Of a DNA stretch of 64,000 nt, positions 35,669 through 46,011 are shown one piece after another. Position numbers and translations under genes: made by a program. The notes beneath the pieces are model-generated. The model saw only the letters and a program-made list of their open reading frames with translations. It searched no databases and was not told the origin of the DNA. How positions within the stretch are numbered: the first letter of the stretch is position 1; every line of letters begins with the position of its first letter. The stretch is from an uncultured Actinomycetota bacterium (GTDB lineage Bacteria > Actinomycetota > Actinomycetes > JAHEKZ01), in NCBI GenBank assembly GCA_963743915.1, contig CAVURN010000003.1:320001-384000 (forward strand). The letters run 5' to 3'.

Positions 35669-37069
35669 CTAGGAGAAGAGCGTGGCCTCGACCACACCAC
35701 CCTGGAAGCCGCCGCCGGACGCGGGCAGCGCGGTGAACCAGATCAGGACCTGGTCGGAGGTCACCGCCGGAGAGAACCGCAGGGTCACGAGGTCGCTGGC
35801 ACCACGGACCACGGCGAGCCGGCGATAGCCCTCGAGGGGGTCGTCCGGGTCCGGACGCCGGGGAGGTGCGCCCTGCGGGTCGGTCTCGGTGCGGGCCGCC
35901 CAGATCTGCAGGTCGCTGCCGCGTCCGGCGAGCCGGAGCTCGATGCCGGAGATGGGGGCTGCCTCGGCCACCTTCAGCTGGAGACCGACACCCGGCTTGA
36001 GCCCGCCGAGATTGCGGCTGGCGTAGGTGACGGTGGTCCACGCGGTCGCGAGGTCGCCGTCGATGGCCAGCCCTGCGTCGGAGTCGTTCTCCTCCCCGTC
36101 CCCGGAGGGGTCGAACGCGGTGGCGGTCCTGATCGGGAGGGGTTGGGCCTGGGCAGGGGTGGCCGGGTTCGTCGTCGTCGGCGAGGGGCTGGTCCGTGGC
36201 TGGGGCTCGTCACGTTCGGCGTCCTGCCAGATCTGCCAGGCGATCAGCACCGCGCCGGTGCTGAACAGCGCCAGGACGAGCACCAGGCCGAGCCACCGCC
36301 ACAGCAGTCCGGTGGGCTGGTGCGGTTCCTCCTGGACCTCGGCGACGGGTGGTTCGGACAACGCGTCGGCGACGGCGCGGGGTGACTCCAGGGGGTCCTC
36401 GACGTCCGGGTGGAGTGCGCGCCACACGATGGCGTCGACGTCGTCGGGGACCCCGGCGCGGACCTGCCGGGGGCGGGCGACCCGGCCCCCGACCACCGGC
36501 GCGCCGGGCAGTCCGGCGCACGGATACCCCGGCCAGCGGGCGGTGAGTGCCGCGTACAGCAGCGCACCGAGCCGCCAGGCGTCGACCCCTTCGGCGTCCT
36601 CATCCGCCTGCACCCCTTCCAGGGCAGCGCGGACACCGACGCCGACGACGACCACGCCGTGGTCGGTGAGCAGCACGTCCCTCGGATCGAGCACGAGGTG
36701 GTGGACGTCCTCGGCCGCCGCCGCGGCCAACGCCTCGGCGACCGCGGCCACCACCGCCCGCGCCTGGTCGGGGGCCAGCGGGCCGGACGCCAGCTGATCG
36801 CTCAGCGGGGCACCGGCGAGCCAGCGGGTCACCACGAAGACTCGACCGGCGTCCTCAGCGGTGTCGATCACGCGGAGCAGTCCCGGGTGCTCCACCGCAG
36901 AGGCGCGGCGAGCAGCCTGACGGACGGCGTCCGCATGCGGGTGCCCAGGATCGAGCAGCAGCACGCCCACCGGACGGTCGAGCACGGCGTCGCGTCCGCG
37001 CCAGAGCGTGCGCCCACGGCCACGGGCGACCTCGCTCTCGAGGTCGTACCTTCCGGCCAGCCGCTCCAT
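35669..37069 (-). CDS. Membrane-anchored Ser/Thr pseudokinase (MviN kinase-homology-domain-like) with extracellular C-terminal domain
   Basis: LAGRYDL..LWRGRD.VLDRPV..HPGLLRVID..LYAALTARWP; lacks the VAIK Lys, HRD and DFG motifs; TM followed by a FDP.GD..GGLKPGVGL domain. Confidence 0.8.
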   Translation of the reverse strand: MERLAGRYDLESEVARGRGRTLWRGRDAVLDRPVGVLLLDPGHPHADAVRQAARRASAVEHPGLLRVIDTAEDAGRVFVVTRWLAGAPLSDQLASGPLAPDQARAVVAAVAEALAAAAAEDVHHLVLDPRDVLLTDHGVVVVGVGVRAALEGVQADEDAEGVDAWRLGALLYAALTARWPGYPCAGLPGAPVVGGRVARPRQVRAGVPDDVDAIVWRALHPDVEDPLESPRAVADALSEPPVAEVQEEPHQPTGLLWRWLGLVLVLALFSTGAVLIAWQIWQDAERDEPQPRTSPSPTTTNPATPAQAQPLPIRTATAFDPSGDGEENDSDAGLAIDGDLATAWTTVTYASRNLGGLKPGVGLQLKVAEAAPISGIELRLAGRGSDLQIWAARTETDPQGAPPRRPDPDDPLEGYRRLAVVRGASDLVTLRFSPAVTSDQVLIWFTALPASGGGFQGGVVEATLFS

Positions 37070-37189
37070 CGGAGGTGACGCTACTGCGTCCCGCCGTGAA
37101 CGACGCCTTCACCCGCGGCGGAGCAACTGCTCAAGGGTCCTGTCCTGCCGCGAGCATGCGCCATGTGACGGACGGCGCGTGCGGAACGT

Positions 37190-37513
37190 GTGACACTGGC
37201 GCGCGTGAAGCCCGCCTTCCGTGTCGCGCTGACGGGTGCAGTCATCGGCTCCGCGTTGTTTGTCGGTGGTTCGTGGGTGTTGCGCGAGACCCATTTCCTG
37301 CTCCGGGACGACTACCTGGCTGGCCGCGAGATCGGGCAGAACCACGAGCCGTACTCCAAGCCGCACATGTGGGCCCTTTGTCGGCAGCAGATGGACAGTC
37401 GGTACGGGGCTTCCTACTCCGATGCCAGGGCGGCTTTCGAGCTGGGTTGCCACGACGTCATCAACGGAATCGAGAAGGACTTCGGGCGGCTGGACAGCTA
37501 CCTCCCGGACTGA
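37190..37513 (+). CDS. Small membrane-anchored/secreted hypothetical protein
   Basis: N-terminal hydrophobic helix and two Cys; fills the gap between the pseudokinase and NlpC/P60 genes. Confidence 0.55.
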   Translation: MTLARVKPAFRVALTGAVIGSALFVGGSWVLRETHFLLRDDYLAGREIGQNHEPYSKPHMWALCRQQMDSRYGASYSDARAAFELGCHDVINGIEKDFGRLDSYLPD

Positions 37514-37549
37514 GTCGCCCTGGTGGCCTCGCCTCCGGACGCGTCGTTC

Positions 37550-38650
37550 TCACAGGCCGGGACGCCCGACGCCGTACAGGCCGTCGTAGTACACCGGTAC
37601 GACGCGCACCACGTCGCCGGTGCGCGGGGCGTGCACCATCTGTCCGTTGCCGATGTACATCGCGATGTGGTGGATGGTGTCCGGGTCGGAGGTGTCGTAC
37701 GCGTAGACCAGCAGGTCGCCCGGCTGCATGGACCCGACCGGCACCGGCGTGCTCGCGAAGTACTGGTCACTGGCCAGTCGTGGGAGGACCAGACCTGCCT
37801 GCATGTAGGACCACTGCACCAGGCCGCTGCAGTCGAACGTGGTGGGTCCTTCGGCGCCCCAGACATACGGTGACCCGAGCACGCTCAGGGCGGTGGCCAC
37901 GGCCTCGGTGGCGTAGGGGGTCGGCCCGCTCGGAAGCGGGCCTGTCCACGGCGTCGCTGCCGCCGCCGCTGCGGCCGCTCTGCGAGCCTCCCGTTGCTCG
38001 AGAAGTCGGGTGAGCCTGGCCACCTCGTCGTCAGCCTGGCGCAGCAGGGCTCGCTGGGCACGGAGCAGACGTTGCGCGCGTTCGGCGAGCTCGCGTGCCT
38101 CGATGGTCAGCCGGGCCCGCTCGTCGGAGATACGGTCGAGGCGGCTGTGCACCTGCTCCATGAGCTGCTGCGCCTGCTCGGCATCGTCGACCCGCACGAT
38201 GTCGGTCGTCAGCACTGCGTTCAGGGCCGCCATGTTGCTGGTGACGTCGGTGATCTCCGAGGCGTCGAGCGCCTGGCTGTAGAGGGCTACGGCGCCCCCC
38301 GACTGCTCGATCGCGCGCACCCGGTGGGCCAGGTCGATGTCGGCCTGCGTCGACGCCCCTTGGAGGCCGGCCAGCTGCTGGTCGGCCTCGATGGCGCTGA
38401 CGGTGGTGCGGGCGAGCTCGCCGCGCGCCTGCGCCAGTCGCTCCTGGGTCCATTCCGCACGCGCCCGGAGTCCCTCGAGCTCGGTGCGCAGCGCCGCGGC
38501 TCGCGCCTCGAGCGTGTCGAGGTCGGGGGTGGACCGCGGCAGTGCGACGACGGGTGGCGGCGACGCTGTCGCCGACGGAGTCCATACCGGAGCGACCACC
38601 AGGACGAGGGCGATCAGCACGCCGGTGCGGGCGAGGGTGCGGGCGGTCAC
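37550..38650 (-). CDS. NlpC/P60 peptidoglycan endopeptidase with coiled coil (RipA/RipC-like)
   Basis: Signal peptide, long coiled coil, PYVWGA..FDCSGL..HHIAMY..HAP. Confidence 0.92.
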   Translation of the reverse strand: MTARTLARTGVLIALVLVVAPVWTPSATASPPPVVALPRSTPDLDTLEARAAALRTELEGLRARAEWTQERLAQARGELARTTVSAIEADQQLAGLQGASTQADIDLAHRVRAIEQSGGAVALYSQALDASEITDVTSNMAALNAVLTTDIVRVDDAEQAQQLMEQVHSRLDRISDERARLTIEARELAERAQRLLRAQRALLRQADDEVARLTRLLEQREARRAAAAAAAATPWTGPLPSGPTPYATEAVATALSVLGSPYVWGAEGPTTFDCSGLVQWSYMQAGLVLPRLASDQYFASTPVPVGSMQPGDLLVYAYDTSDPDTIHHIAMYIGNGQMVHAPRTGDVVRVVPVYYDGLYGVGRPGL

Positions 38651-38686
38651 AGCGTCACGCTCGGGATCACGGTCACTGCGTCACGG

Positions 38687-39103
38687 TCACGGGGAGGAGC
38701 TGCCCGTGACGATCGGCTCCTCGTAGATCTTCGTCCGGACCTCGGCGTACTTCGCGGTCCGGTCCCAGCGGAAGAGCAGCAGGGTCGGTGCCGTCTTCTT
38801 GACCTCGAACGTCACCGACTCGGGGGTGATCTCGAAGGTCTTCCGGATCAGCTCCGCGCCTTGAGAGGTGACGTACTGGTCGGCGGCGAGGTACGCGGCG
38901 TTCGGGTCGTGGGTGTCGGCGTACACCGTGAGGGCCTTGTCGCCCGCCGTCGCCCCGGCGTCGGCGATGCCCACCTGGGTGACGGCGATCGAGAGCACCT
39001 CGAAGCCGATCAGCCCGATGATGGCGAGCGTCAGGGTGATGCGACCGAGCCAGCCGAACACGATGCTGCCGGTGTCGTCACCGCGGGCCGGGACAGAGGT
39101 CAT
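38687..39103 (-). CDS. Tad/pseudopilin-like membrane protein
   Basis: RGDDTG|SIVFGWLG followed by a hydrophobic helix, then DAGATAG and C-terminal beta strands. Confidence 0.55.
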   Translation of the reverse strand: MTSVPARGDDTGSIVFGWLGRITLTLAIIGLIGFEVLSIAVTQVGIADAGATAGDKALTVYADTHDPNAAYLAADQYVTSQGAELIRKTFEITPESVTFEVKKTAPTLLLFRWDRTAKYAEVRTKIYEEPIVTGSSSP

Positions 39104-39169
39104 GGCGTTGAATCGGCAGTTGACTAGCCCATCTTGAGCAGCCCAACCGGGGATCCGGCGACGCCGCCG

Positions 39170-40801
39170 CTAGGTGCGGCGTCGGCCCGCAACCAGCCGG
39201 ATCACGTCGCTGACCTCGGTGATCCGGAACAGCCGGACACCCACCAGGTAGCCGACGGCGCCGAACCCGAGGCCGGTGAGGACGATCACCAGGCTGGTGG
39301 TGAAGTCGACGGCGCGCCCCACGAACAGCTCGGCCGTCATCACGCCGGCGACCATGCAGGCGGCGGCCAGCAGTGACGCCAGCACCACCCGGACGTGCGT
39401 ACGCACGACGAGGTAGCCGTCCAGCCCGTCCAGGCGGCGCCGCAGCTGTTGCGCGAGCGACGCCAGCCCCACCCAGTAGGCGAGTGCGTAGGCGAGACCC
39501 AGGGCCGGGATGGCGTACTCGGTTGGCACCCAGGCGACGGCGAGGACGGCGAGCACCACGTTGACCCCGTTGAGCACCATGGCGTTGAAGGTGGGAGTCC
39601 GCGTGTCCTCGAGCGCGTAGAACGCCCGCATCAGGACGTAGTACGCGCTGAACGCCGGTAGGCCGACGGCGAAGCCGCTGAGGGTGAGACCGAGCAGCCG
39701 GGCGGACTCCAGGCTCAGCGTCCCGTAGCGGAAGAGCAGCACCGCGATCGGCACCCCGAGCACGATGAAGGCGGCCGCAGCGGGGACCATCAGCGACCCC
39801 GAGGTCCGAAGGGTCCACCCGATCCGCTCTCGCACGACGTCGACCTGGTCGGCAGCCGCGTACTTGGAGAGCCGGGGAAGAAGTGCGGTGACGAGCGAGA
39901 CCGTGATCACCGACTGCGGAAGCATGAACAGGACGAACGCCATCTGGTAGATGGCGACACCCGCGTCCGCGTCACTCGAGACGTTGACCCCGGTCGCCAG
40001 CCGGATCACCACCAAGGTGCCGAGCTGGTTCACCAGCACGAGCAGGATCGCCCATCGAGCGAGCGACCACGCGGTGCCGAGTCCCTGACCACGCAGGTCG
40101 GTGCGCAGCCGCAGACGGACCCCGCACCGTCGGAGCGACGGCCAGAGCGCCAGGCTTTGCGCGATGGCTCCCAGCGTGGTCCCGACGCCCAGCAGCAGGA
40201 TCTCGGTGTCGGTCACGGTGCGGGTGGTGGTGCCGGTGCCCGCGACCGCGAGGAAGGCCAGGGCGCTCGCGATGACGACGATGTTGTTCGTCACCGGCGC
40301 GAACATCGGGGCGCCGAACCGCCCGCGGGTGTTGAGCACCTGCGAGACCAGCGCGAAGACGCCGTAGAAGAAGATCTGGGGCAGCATCAGCCGGGCGAAG
40401 GCCGTGCCGACCTCGAGGTCACGCGACGTCCATCCGCTCGAGTACAGCTGCACCAGCCACGGTGCGGCGATGACCGCGATGACGGTGATGACTGCCAGCA
40501 CGAGCACGACGGCGCTGAAGAGCCTTTGCGCGTAGGCCGTCCCCTGGTCGGCGTCGGCGTCCATGTGTCGGACGAGCTGGGGGATGAACACCGCGTTGAT
40601 CGCGCCACCGACCAGGAGCACGTACACGATCGTGGGCAGGGTGTTGGCGACCGAGTACGTGTCGGCGAAGACCCCACCGCCGACCGCAGCGAGCAGGGCG
40701 GAGTTCTTGAGCAACCCGGTCACTCGCGAGGTGATGGTGCCCGCGGCCATCACCGAGCTCGACCTCAGCATCGAGCGGTTGTCACCGGCGAGGTCGGTCA
40801 C
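39170..40801 (-). CDS. murJ: Lipid II flippase MurJ (MviN)
   Basis: GTITSRVTG, ANTLPT, GGAINAVFIP, PQIFFYG, RAFYALEDTRTP. Confidence 0.96.
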   Translation of the reverse strand: MTDLAGDNRSMLRSSSVMAAGTITSRVTGLLKNSALLAAVGGGVFADTYSVANTLPTIVYVLLVGGAINAVFIPQLVRHMDADADQGTAYAQRLFSAVVLVLAVITVIAVIAAPWLVQLYSSGWTSRDLEVGTAFARLMLPQIFFYGVFALVSQVLNTRGRFGAPMFAPVTNNIVVIASALAFLAVAGTGTTTRTVTDTEILLLGVGTTLGAIAQSLALWPSLRRCGVRLRLRTDLRGQGLGTAWSLARWAILLVLVNQLGTLVVIRLATGVNVSSDADAGVAIYQMAFVLFMLPQSVITVSLVTALLPRLSKYAAADQVDVVRERIGWTLRTSGSLMVPAAAAFIVLGVPIAVLLFRYGTLSLESARLLGLTLSGFAVGLPAFSAYYVLMRAFYALEDTRTPTFNAMVLNGVNVVLAVLAVAWVPTEYAIPALGLAYALAYWVGLASLAQQLRRRLDGLDGYLVVRTHVRVVLASLLAAACMVAGVMTAELFVGRAVDFTTSLVIVLTGLGFGAVGYLVGVRLFRITEVSDVIRLVAGRRRT

Positions 40802-42792
40802 GCGCTGCTCCCACGGGCGGCACGTACCCGGCGACCGATGCGGATCGCGGCCGCGACCACCATGAGGGCGGCCGCCACCCCGAAGACGAGCAGGGCGATG
40901 CTGCCGAAGCCCTGGACGTCCACCGTCACCGTGACCGGGTCGTCGTACGGCTTCCCGCGCCGCGTCTGCAGCTGCGCGTCGAAGGAGAGTCGTCCACTCG
41001 TGACCGCGTCGAGCTCGACGTCGACGCTGACCGTCTCGTCCGGCTCGACCCGGATGGGGTCGGCGGGCCCGTCCACCCGCAGACGCAGGGGATCGGCGGA
41101 CGTCAGCGCGAGTCGGACGACGACCGCCTGGTCGAGCTGGTTGCGCACGGTCACGGGGAAGGTGCCGCGGTCGTCGGAGAGAGTGCCGCCACGGGAGAGG
41201 ATGCGGACCCGGCTCCGCAGACTGGCCAATCGGTCGAGGGTCTCCTGCTGCGCCGTCGCCGCTGCCGTGGGATCGTCGCGCCACGCGGTGCTGATCGAGC
41301 TGAACAGGTCGTCGTCGATCGGTCCGCTCAGCTGTTGGGGACGGGACAGGATCCCGGCCAGGCGCCGGTTGTCCATGACGCCCTGCACCGCCGCGTCGAC
41401 CATCGAGGCGGGGAGCTGCCGCGATGCGGTCGATTCGGGGATGGTCGGGTCCGTGCGCTCGACGGTCGGTGCGCTCGGACTCACCGCCTCCTCGAGTGAC
41501 ACCGGGTTGAGCCAGCTCGCCTTCCGCACCGCGGTGACCAGCTCGTCGGACCACAGCGGCGACGGGTCCCAACGGCGCGGGGGAGCGACGACGAGCAGCC
41601 GGGGTTCGTACAGCTCGAGGGCGTGCAGCAGGGTCTCGGCGAGGAACCGCTGCCGGGCGAGGAGGACGTCGGTCGGGGTCGATGCCGGGGTCGCCACCAG
41701 GGCACTGGCGGCAGGGTCGGCGAGCAGGAGGTCGAGCTCGGGGTCGGGCCACGAGACGCGTCCGGAAGGGGTGTACGTGAGCGGTGTGACGAGCGGTGTC
41801 GTCTCCTCGTCGAGGAGCACCAACGAGGCGCCCGCGCGACCCGCGACGTCGATGGTGGTGTCGTCACCGGCTCCCTCGGCCGGCCAGACGAGGTCCGCTC
41901 GCGGTGCCGGTCCCACGAAGCGTCGGTACACCTTGTCGCCCTTGGCCCACCCCGCGCGCAGCATGCGTGGCTCGTCGGCCGCGCCGATGGCCGCCGCGTC
42001 CGGGTCGCCGTAGGGCAGGAGCACCACGTCCTGGTCGGCGCTGCTGGTCAGGTACGTGTCGAGCCAGCCGTTGGCGTCGGGGCTGCCGAGAGTGGTGGCG
42101 GCGTCGAGGACGGCTGGGTCGACCAACCATGTGGCGGGCGCCCCCGCGCCGGTCCGGGTGAGCACGCTGAGGCGTCCGCCGGCGGACAGGTCTGCGGCGA
42201 GGGCGTTGGGGTCGTCGGTGGCTCCTGGGGGAGTGCCGATGACCGGCCAGAACATGAGCAGCCGGCTCGGGGACACCCCGACCCCCTCCGGCGCGTACGG
42301 AAGGAAGGTCGAGGTCTCGCTCAGCACGGCGCCGGTCCGGACGTCGACGGCCACGACGCGTAGCGGGAAGACCCCCGCGCCGTAGAACGGCAAGTTGTCT
42401 GTGGCCACCTGGATGCGGAAGCGTCGGGTCGAGTCGGCACGTACCTTGCCGAGCTCGTCCGTGGCCCCGAACACCGGAGTGGTGACAGGCGGTGTGGAGG
42501 CAGCCTCGGTGATGGCGGCTCGGGACAGGAACGCGGTCGTGCCGACCTCGAGTCGGACAGCGACGTCGTCGAGGGTGCGGGTCGTCGAGAAGGTGCCCAC
42601 CGTGCGCAGCGTGCCCCCGGCCTGGACGCTGATCGGCGCCAGCTCGGTGAGGCGTAGCTCGGTCTGCAGCGGGGCGGCGAGAGCAGGACTGGAGGTGAGC
42701 CCGACGGCACCGGTCGCGCCGACCAGCAGCACGCCCAGCAGCAGGTGGAGCCATCGCCGGACGCCGGGCGCCGGACGCCGGGCAGACGTCAT
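40798..42792 (-). CDS. DUF6049-type secreted/membrane glycoprotein
   Basis: Signal peptide, WLVDP, LPYGDPD, QRFLAET, APPRRW, C-terminal TM; conserved position upstream of murJ. Confidence 0.8.
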   Translation of the reverse strand: MTSARRPAPGVRRWLHLLLGVLLVGATGAVGLTSSPALAAPLQTELRLTELAPISVQAGGTLRTVGTFSTTRTLDDVAVRLEVGTTAFLSRAAITEAASTPPVTTPVFGATDELGKVRADSTRRFRIQVATDNLPFYGAGVFPLRVVAVDVRTGAVLSETSTFLPYAPEGVGVSPSRLLMFWPVIGTPPGATDDPNALAADLSAGGRLSVLTRTGAGAPATWLVDPAVLDAATTLGSPDANGWLDTYLTSSADQDVVLLPYGDPDAAAIGAADEPRMLRAGWAKGDKVYRRFVGPAPRADLVWPAEGAGDDTTIDVAGRAGASLVLLDEETTPLVTPLTYTPSGRVSWPDPELDLLLADPAASALVATPASTPTDVLLARQRFLAETLLHALELYEPRLLVVAPPRRWDPSPLWSDELVTAVRKASWLNPVSLEEAVSPSAPTVERTDPTIPESTASRQLPASMVDAAVQGVMDNRRLAGILSRPQQLSGPIDDDLFSSISTAWRDDPTAAATAQQETLDRLASLRSRVRILSRGGTLSDDRGTFPVTVRNQLDQAVVVRLALTSADPLRLRVDGPADPIRVEPDETVSVDVELDAVTSGRLSFDAQLQTRRGKPYDDPVTVTVDVQGFGSIALLVFGVAAALMVVAAAIRIGRRVRAARGSSA

Positions 42793-42811
42793 GCAGCGAT
42801 GGTAGCCAGCG

Positions 42812-44422
42812 TCAGGTGCGGGTGCGGTCCACGTGACGCTCGTCGTCGAAGCGGAACGAGGCGATGCTCGTGCGCAGGTCAGCGGCCATGGCGTCGAGCG
42901 TGGCGAGCGTCTCGGCCCGCTGCCGCTGGCTGTCGGCCTGCTCCTCGGCGACCGCAGCGACCTGTCCCATGGCGGTGACGACCTGGTGCGAGGCCGAGGT
43001 CTGCTGCTGCGTGGCGAGCTGGATCTGGCCGGCCGCCTGGTCCGCCTCGTCGGCCACCGCAAGGATGCGGTTCAGCACCACCTCCATCTCCTCGACGTGG
43101 GAGCGTCCGGCGGCAGCCGCCTGCTCCCCGGCCTCCGTCGCCTGCAGGGTCGAGGTGGTGCCGACGCGGATGCGCTGGACGATCTCCTCGATCTGCCCGG
43201 TCGACTCCCGGGACCGTTCGGCCAGGGCGCGCACCTCGGCGGCGACGACAGCGAAACCGCGGCCGTGCTCGCCTGCCCGCGCCGCCTCGATGGCGGCGTT
43301 GAGGGCCAGCAGGTTGGTCTGGTCGGAGAGCTCGGCGATGACCGCGATGATCCGGCCGATCTCCTGCCCGGCGGCGTCGAGGTCGCGCGCCTGCTCCCCG
43401 ATCGAGCCGACCCGCTCGGAGATGTCGGTCATCTGCTCGGTCGTGACCGCGACGACCTCCCGCGCGACGGCCGAAGCCTCGGTCACCTGGGCGGCCGCCG
43501 CCGAGACTGCCCGAGCCGTCTCGGCGATCTGCTCGGCGGTCGCCGCCAGCTCCTGCATGCTGGCACTGGTCTGCGCGATGGCCGCCGACTGCTGCGTGTG
43601 GCCCACGGCCGCATCGGCCGCGGCGTTGTGCAGGCCGTGCACGCTGGAGGCCAGGTCGGCCCCCGCGTCGTGGACTCTGGCGACCAGACCCGCCATCGAC
43701 GCCAGCGCGGTGTCGAGTGAGGTCCACACCTCGCCCACGGCGACATCGGTCCCCAGCGACGACCGGGTGGCGTCTGCCGCCGAGACCAGGTCGCCATGGG
43801 CCAGCCGTCCAAGTGCCTCGGTGAGCCGGTCCACCTCTGCGGCCAGAGTGGAGCGCTCATCCTCGACCTGCTCGCGCGACCGCCTCAGGGCCGACGCCAG
43901 CAGCGCGGCGAAGCAGCTGAGCAGTCCGAGCGCGACCACCGCTGTCACATGGTGTCCGAGCTGATCTGCCGTCACCGCACCCGTCACGGCTGCGCTCACC
44001 AGGTAGCCCGTGACCGACAAGACGCCGAGTGCGGCGGTCCACGCGAAGGGCAGGGACATCGCAGCCAGCACGATGACGAAGACGAGGAAGAGCCACTGCC
44101 AGCTCTCCGGGCCACCGGCGGCGACGGTCGACACGGTGATCACGGCCACGAAGAAGACGAGCTGGAGACCGTCGACGAGCGTGGCATGCCGGTGCAGCCA
44201 GGCGATCCTGGCGTCCAGCCACGGACGGGCGAGGAACCAGCCGGCGCCGATGAGTGCCAGGACGCAGCACGCCACGAGAGTGGCGACCGACGACCGGCTC
44301 AGCGGCGGTGTCGCGGCATCGACGAGCAGGTACAGGGCGACCGGGTTGAGGAGGGCGTAGACGACGGCACACCAACCGGCCACCCGGTGCACGGCGTGTG
44401 AGAAGCCGTCGACGTCTTCCAT
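42812..44422 (-). CDS. Methyl-accepting chemotaxis protein with multi-TM sensor
   Basis: [37 protein letters not shown]; about 6 N-terminal TM segments. Confidence 0.93.
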   Translation of the reverse strand: MEDVDGFSHAVHRVAGWCAVVYALLNPVALYLLVDAATPPLSRSSVATLVACCVLALIGAGWFLARPWLDARIAWLHRHATLVDGLQLVFFVAVITVSTVAAGGPESWQWLFLVFVIVLAAMSLPFAWTAALGVLSVTGYLVSAAVTGAVTADQLGHHVTAVVALGLLSCFAALLASALRRSREQVEDERSTLAAEVDRLTEALGRLAHGDLVSAADATRSSLGTDVAVGEVWTSLDTALASMAGLVARVHDAGADLASSVHGLHNAAADAAVGHTQQSAAIAQTSASMQELAATAEQIAETARAVSAAAAQVTEASAVAREVVAVTTEQMTDISERVGSIGEQARDLDAAGQEIGRIIAVIAELSDQTNLLALNAAIEAARAGEHGRGFAVVAAEVRALAERSRESTGQIEEIVQRIRVGTTSTLQATEAGEQAAAAGRSHVEEMEVVLNRILAVADEADQAAGQIQLATQQQTSASHQVVTAMGQVAAVAEEQADSQRQRAETLATLDAMAADLRTSIASFRFDDERHVDRTRT

Positions 44423-44505
44423 CCATCCCTCCTCATACCGCGGACAACGGAATGAGGATCGGCAACGGCGGTCCCTTCCTGAACCGCTGGCTAGGCTCCT
44501 GCTCT

Positions 44506-46011
44506 GTGTCCAGGTCATCGCGGTCCACGTCGTCGGGTTCGGGTTCCTCCGGGCACGCGGACCCTGAGGCAGCGGCCCGTCGACGGGCGATCACCGAGCT
44601 GGTCCGTGTCTCGCCGGTCGTCGACGCCCTCGGCGCGCACTTCACCGAGGCCGGGCACGAGATCGCTCTCGTCGGTGGTTCTGTCCGTGACGCGCTGATG
44701 GGGCGGCTGGGCAATGACCTCGACTTCGCCACGTCAGCACCCCCGGACGTGGTCGAGCAGCTGCTCGAGGGCCACGTGGAAGCGATGTGGGACATCGGCA
44801 AGGCGTTCGGCACGATCGGGTGCCGGATCGGGTCGCTGACGTGCGAGATCACCACCTACCGCACCGAGCACTACGACCACCGGTCGCGGAAGCCCGAGGT
44901 CGAGTACGGGACCTCGCTCGCCGGTGACCTCGGCCGGCGAGACTTCACCGTGAACGCGATGGCGGTGCGGCTGCCGGTGCAGAGCTTCGCCGATCCTTTC
45001 GTCGACCTCTTCAACGGTGTCGCCGACCTGGCGTCGGGTGCCCTTCGGACGCCAGGCCGACCTGAGGACTCCTTCGACGACGACCCGCTGCGCATGATGC
45101 GGGCAGCGCGCTTCACCGCCCAGCTCGGATTCACGGTGGCCCCCGACGTGGTCACCGCGATGGAGCAGATGGCCGACCGTCTGGCGATCGTGTCGCCGGA
45201 ACGGGTGCGTGACGAGTTCAGCAAGCTGCTGCTCTCCCCCGACCCGCGGGCCGGCCTGCGTCTGCTGGTCGAGACCGGCGTCGCCGACCAGTTCATCCCC
45301 GAGCTGTCCGCGCTCCGGCTCGAGGTCGACGAGCACCATCGGCACAAGGACGTCTACGACCACACGCTGACCGTCGTGGAGCAGGCGATGGGCCTGGAGA
45401 CCGAGGGTCCCGACCTCGTCCTACGACTGGCCGCTCTGCTGCACGACATCGGCAAGCCCGGAACCCGCCGGTTCGAGCCCGGCGGCGGGGTCTCGTTCCA
45501 CCACCACGAGGCGGTCGGCGCCCGGCTGACCCGCAAGCGCCTGAAGGCACTGCACTACCCGAAGGACGTCGTCGAGGACGTGTCCCGGCTCGTCGAGCTC
45601 CACCTGCGGTTCCATGGCTATGCGGACGGGGAGTGGACGGACTCTGCGGTGCGCCGCTACGTGCGGGACGCAGGTCACCTGCTCGGGCGGCTGCACGCAC
45701 TGACCCGGGCCGACTGCACGACCCGCAACCGTCGCAAGGCGACCGCGCTCGCCAGCGCCTACGACCACCTCGAGGAGCGGATCGCCGCCCTCAGCGAGGC
45801 CGAGGAGCTTGCGGCGATCCGCCCCGACCTCGACGGCAACGCCATCATGGAGATCCTCGACATCCCTCCCGGACGGATCGTCGGCGACGCGTATCAGTTC
45901 CTGCTCGAGCTCCGCCTCGACCAGGGACCGCTCGGCCGCGACGACGCGGTGGCCGCGCTTCTTGGCTGGTGGAGGGAGCGTCAGGACGCCGAGCGCGCGA
46001 AGGGCCGGTAG
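44506..46011 (+). CDS. cca: CCA tRNA nucleotidyltransferase (with HD domain)
   Basis: [37 protein letters not shown]. Confidence 0.95.
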   Translation: MSRSSRSTSSGSGSSGHADPEAAARRRAITELVRVSPVVDALGAHFTEAGHEIALVGGSVRDALMGRLGNDLDFATSAPPDVVEQLLEGHVEAMWDIGKAFGTIGCRIGSLTCEITTYRTEHYDHRSRKPEVEYGTSLAGDLGRRDFTVNAMAVRLPVQSFADPFVDLFNGVADLASGALRTPGRPEDSFDDDPLRMMRAARFTAQLGFTVAPDVVTAMEQMADRLAIVSPERVRDEFSKLLLSPDPRAGLRLLVETGVADQFIPELSALRLEVDEHHRHKDVYDHTLTVVEQAMGLETEGPDLVLRLAALLHDIGKPGTRRFEPGGGVSFHHHEAVGARLTRKRLKALHYPKDVVEDVSRLVELHLRFHGYADGEWTDSAVRRYVRDAGHLLGRLHALTRADCTTRNRRKATALASAYDHLEERIAALSEAEELAAIRPDLDGNAIMEILDIPPGRIVGDAYQFLLELRLDQGPLGRDDAVAALLGWWRERQDAERAKGR

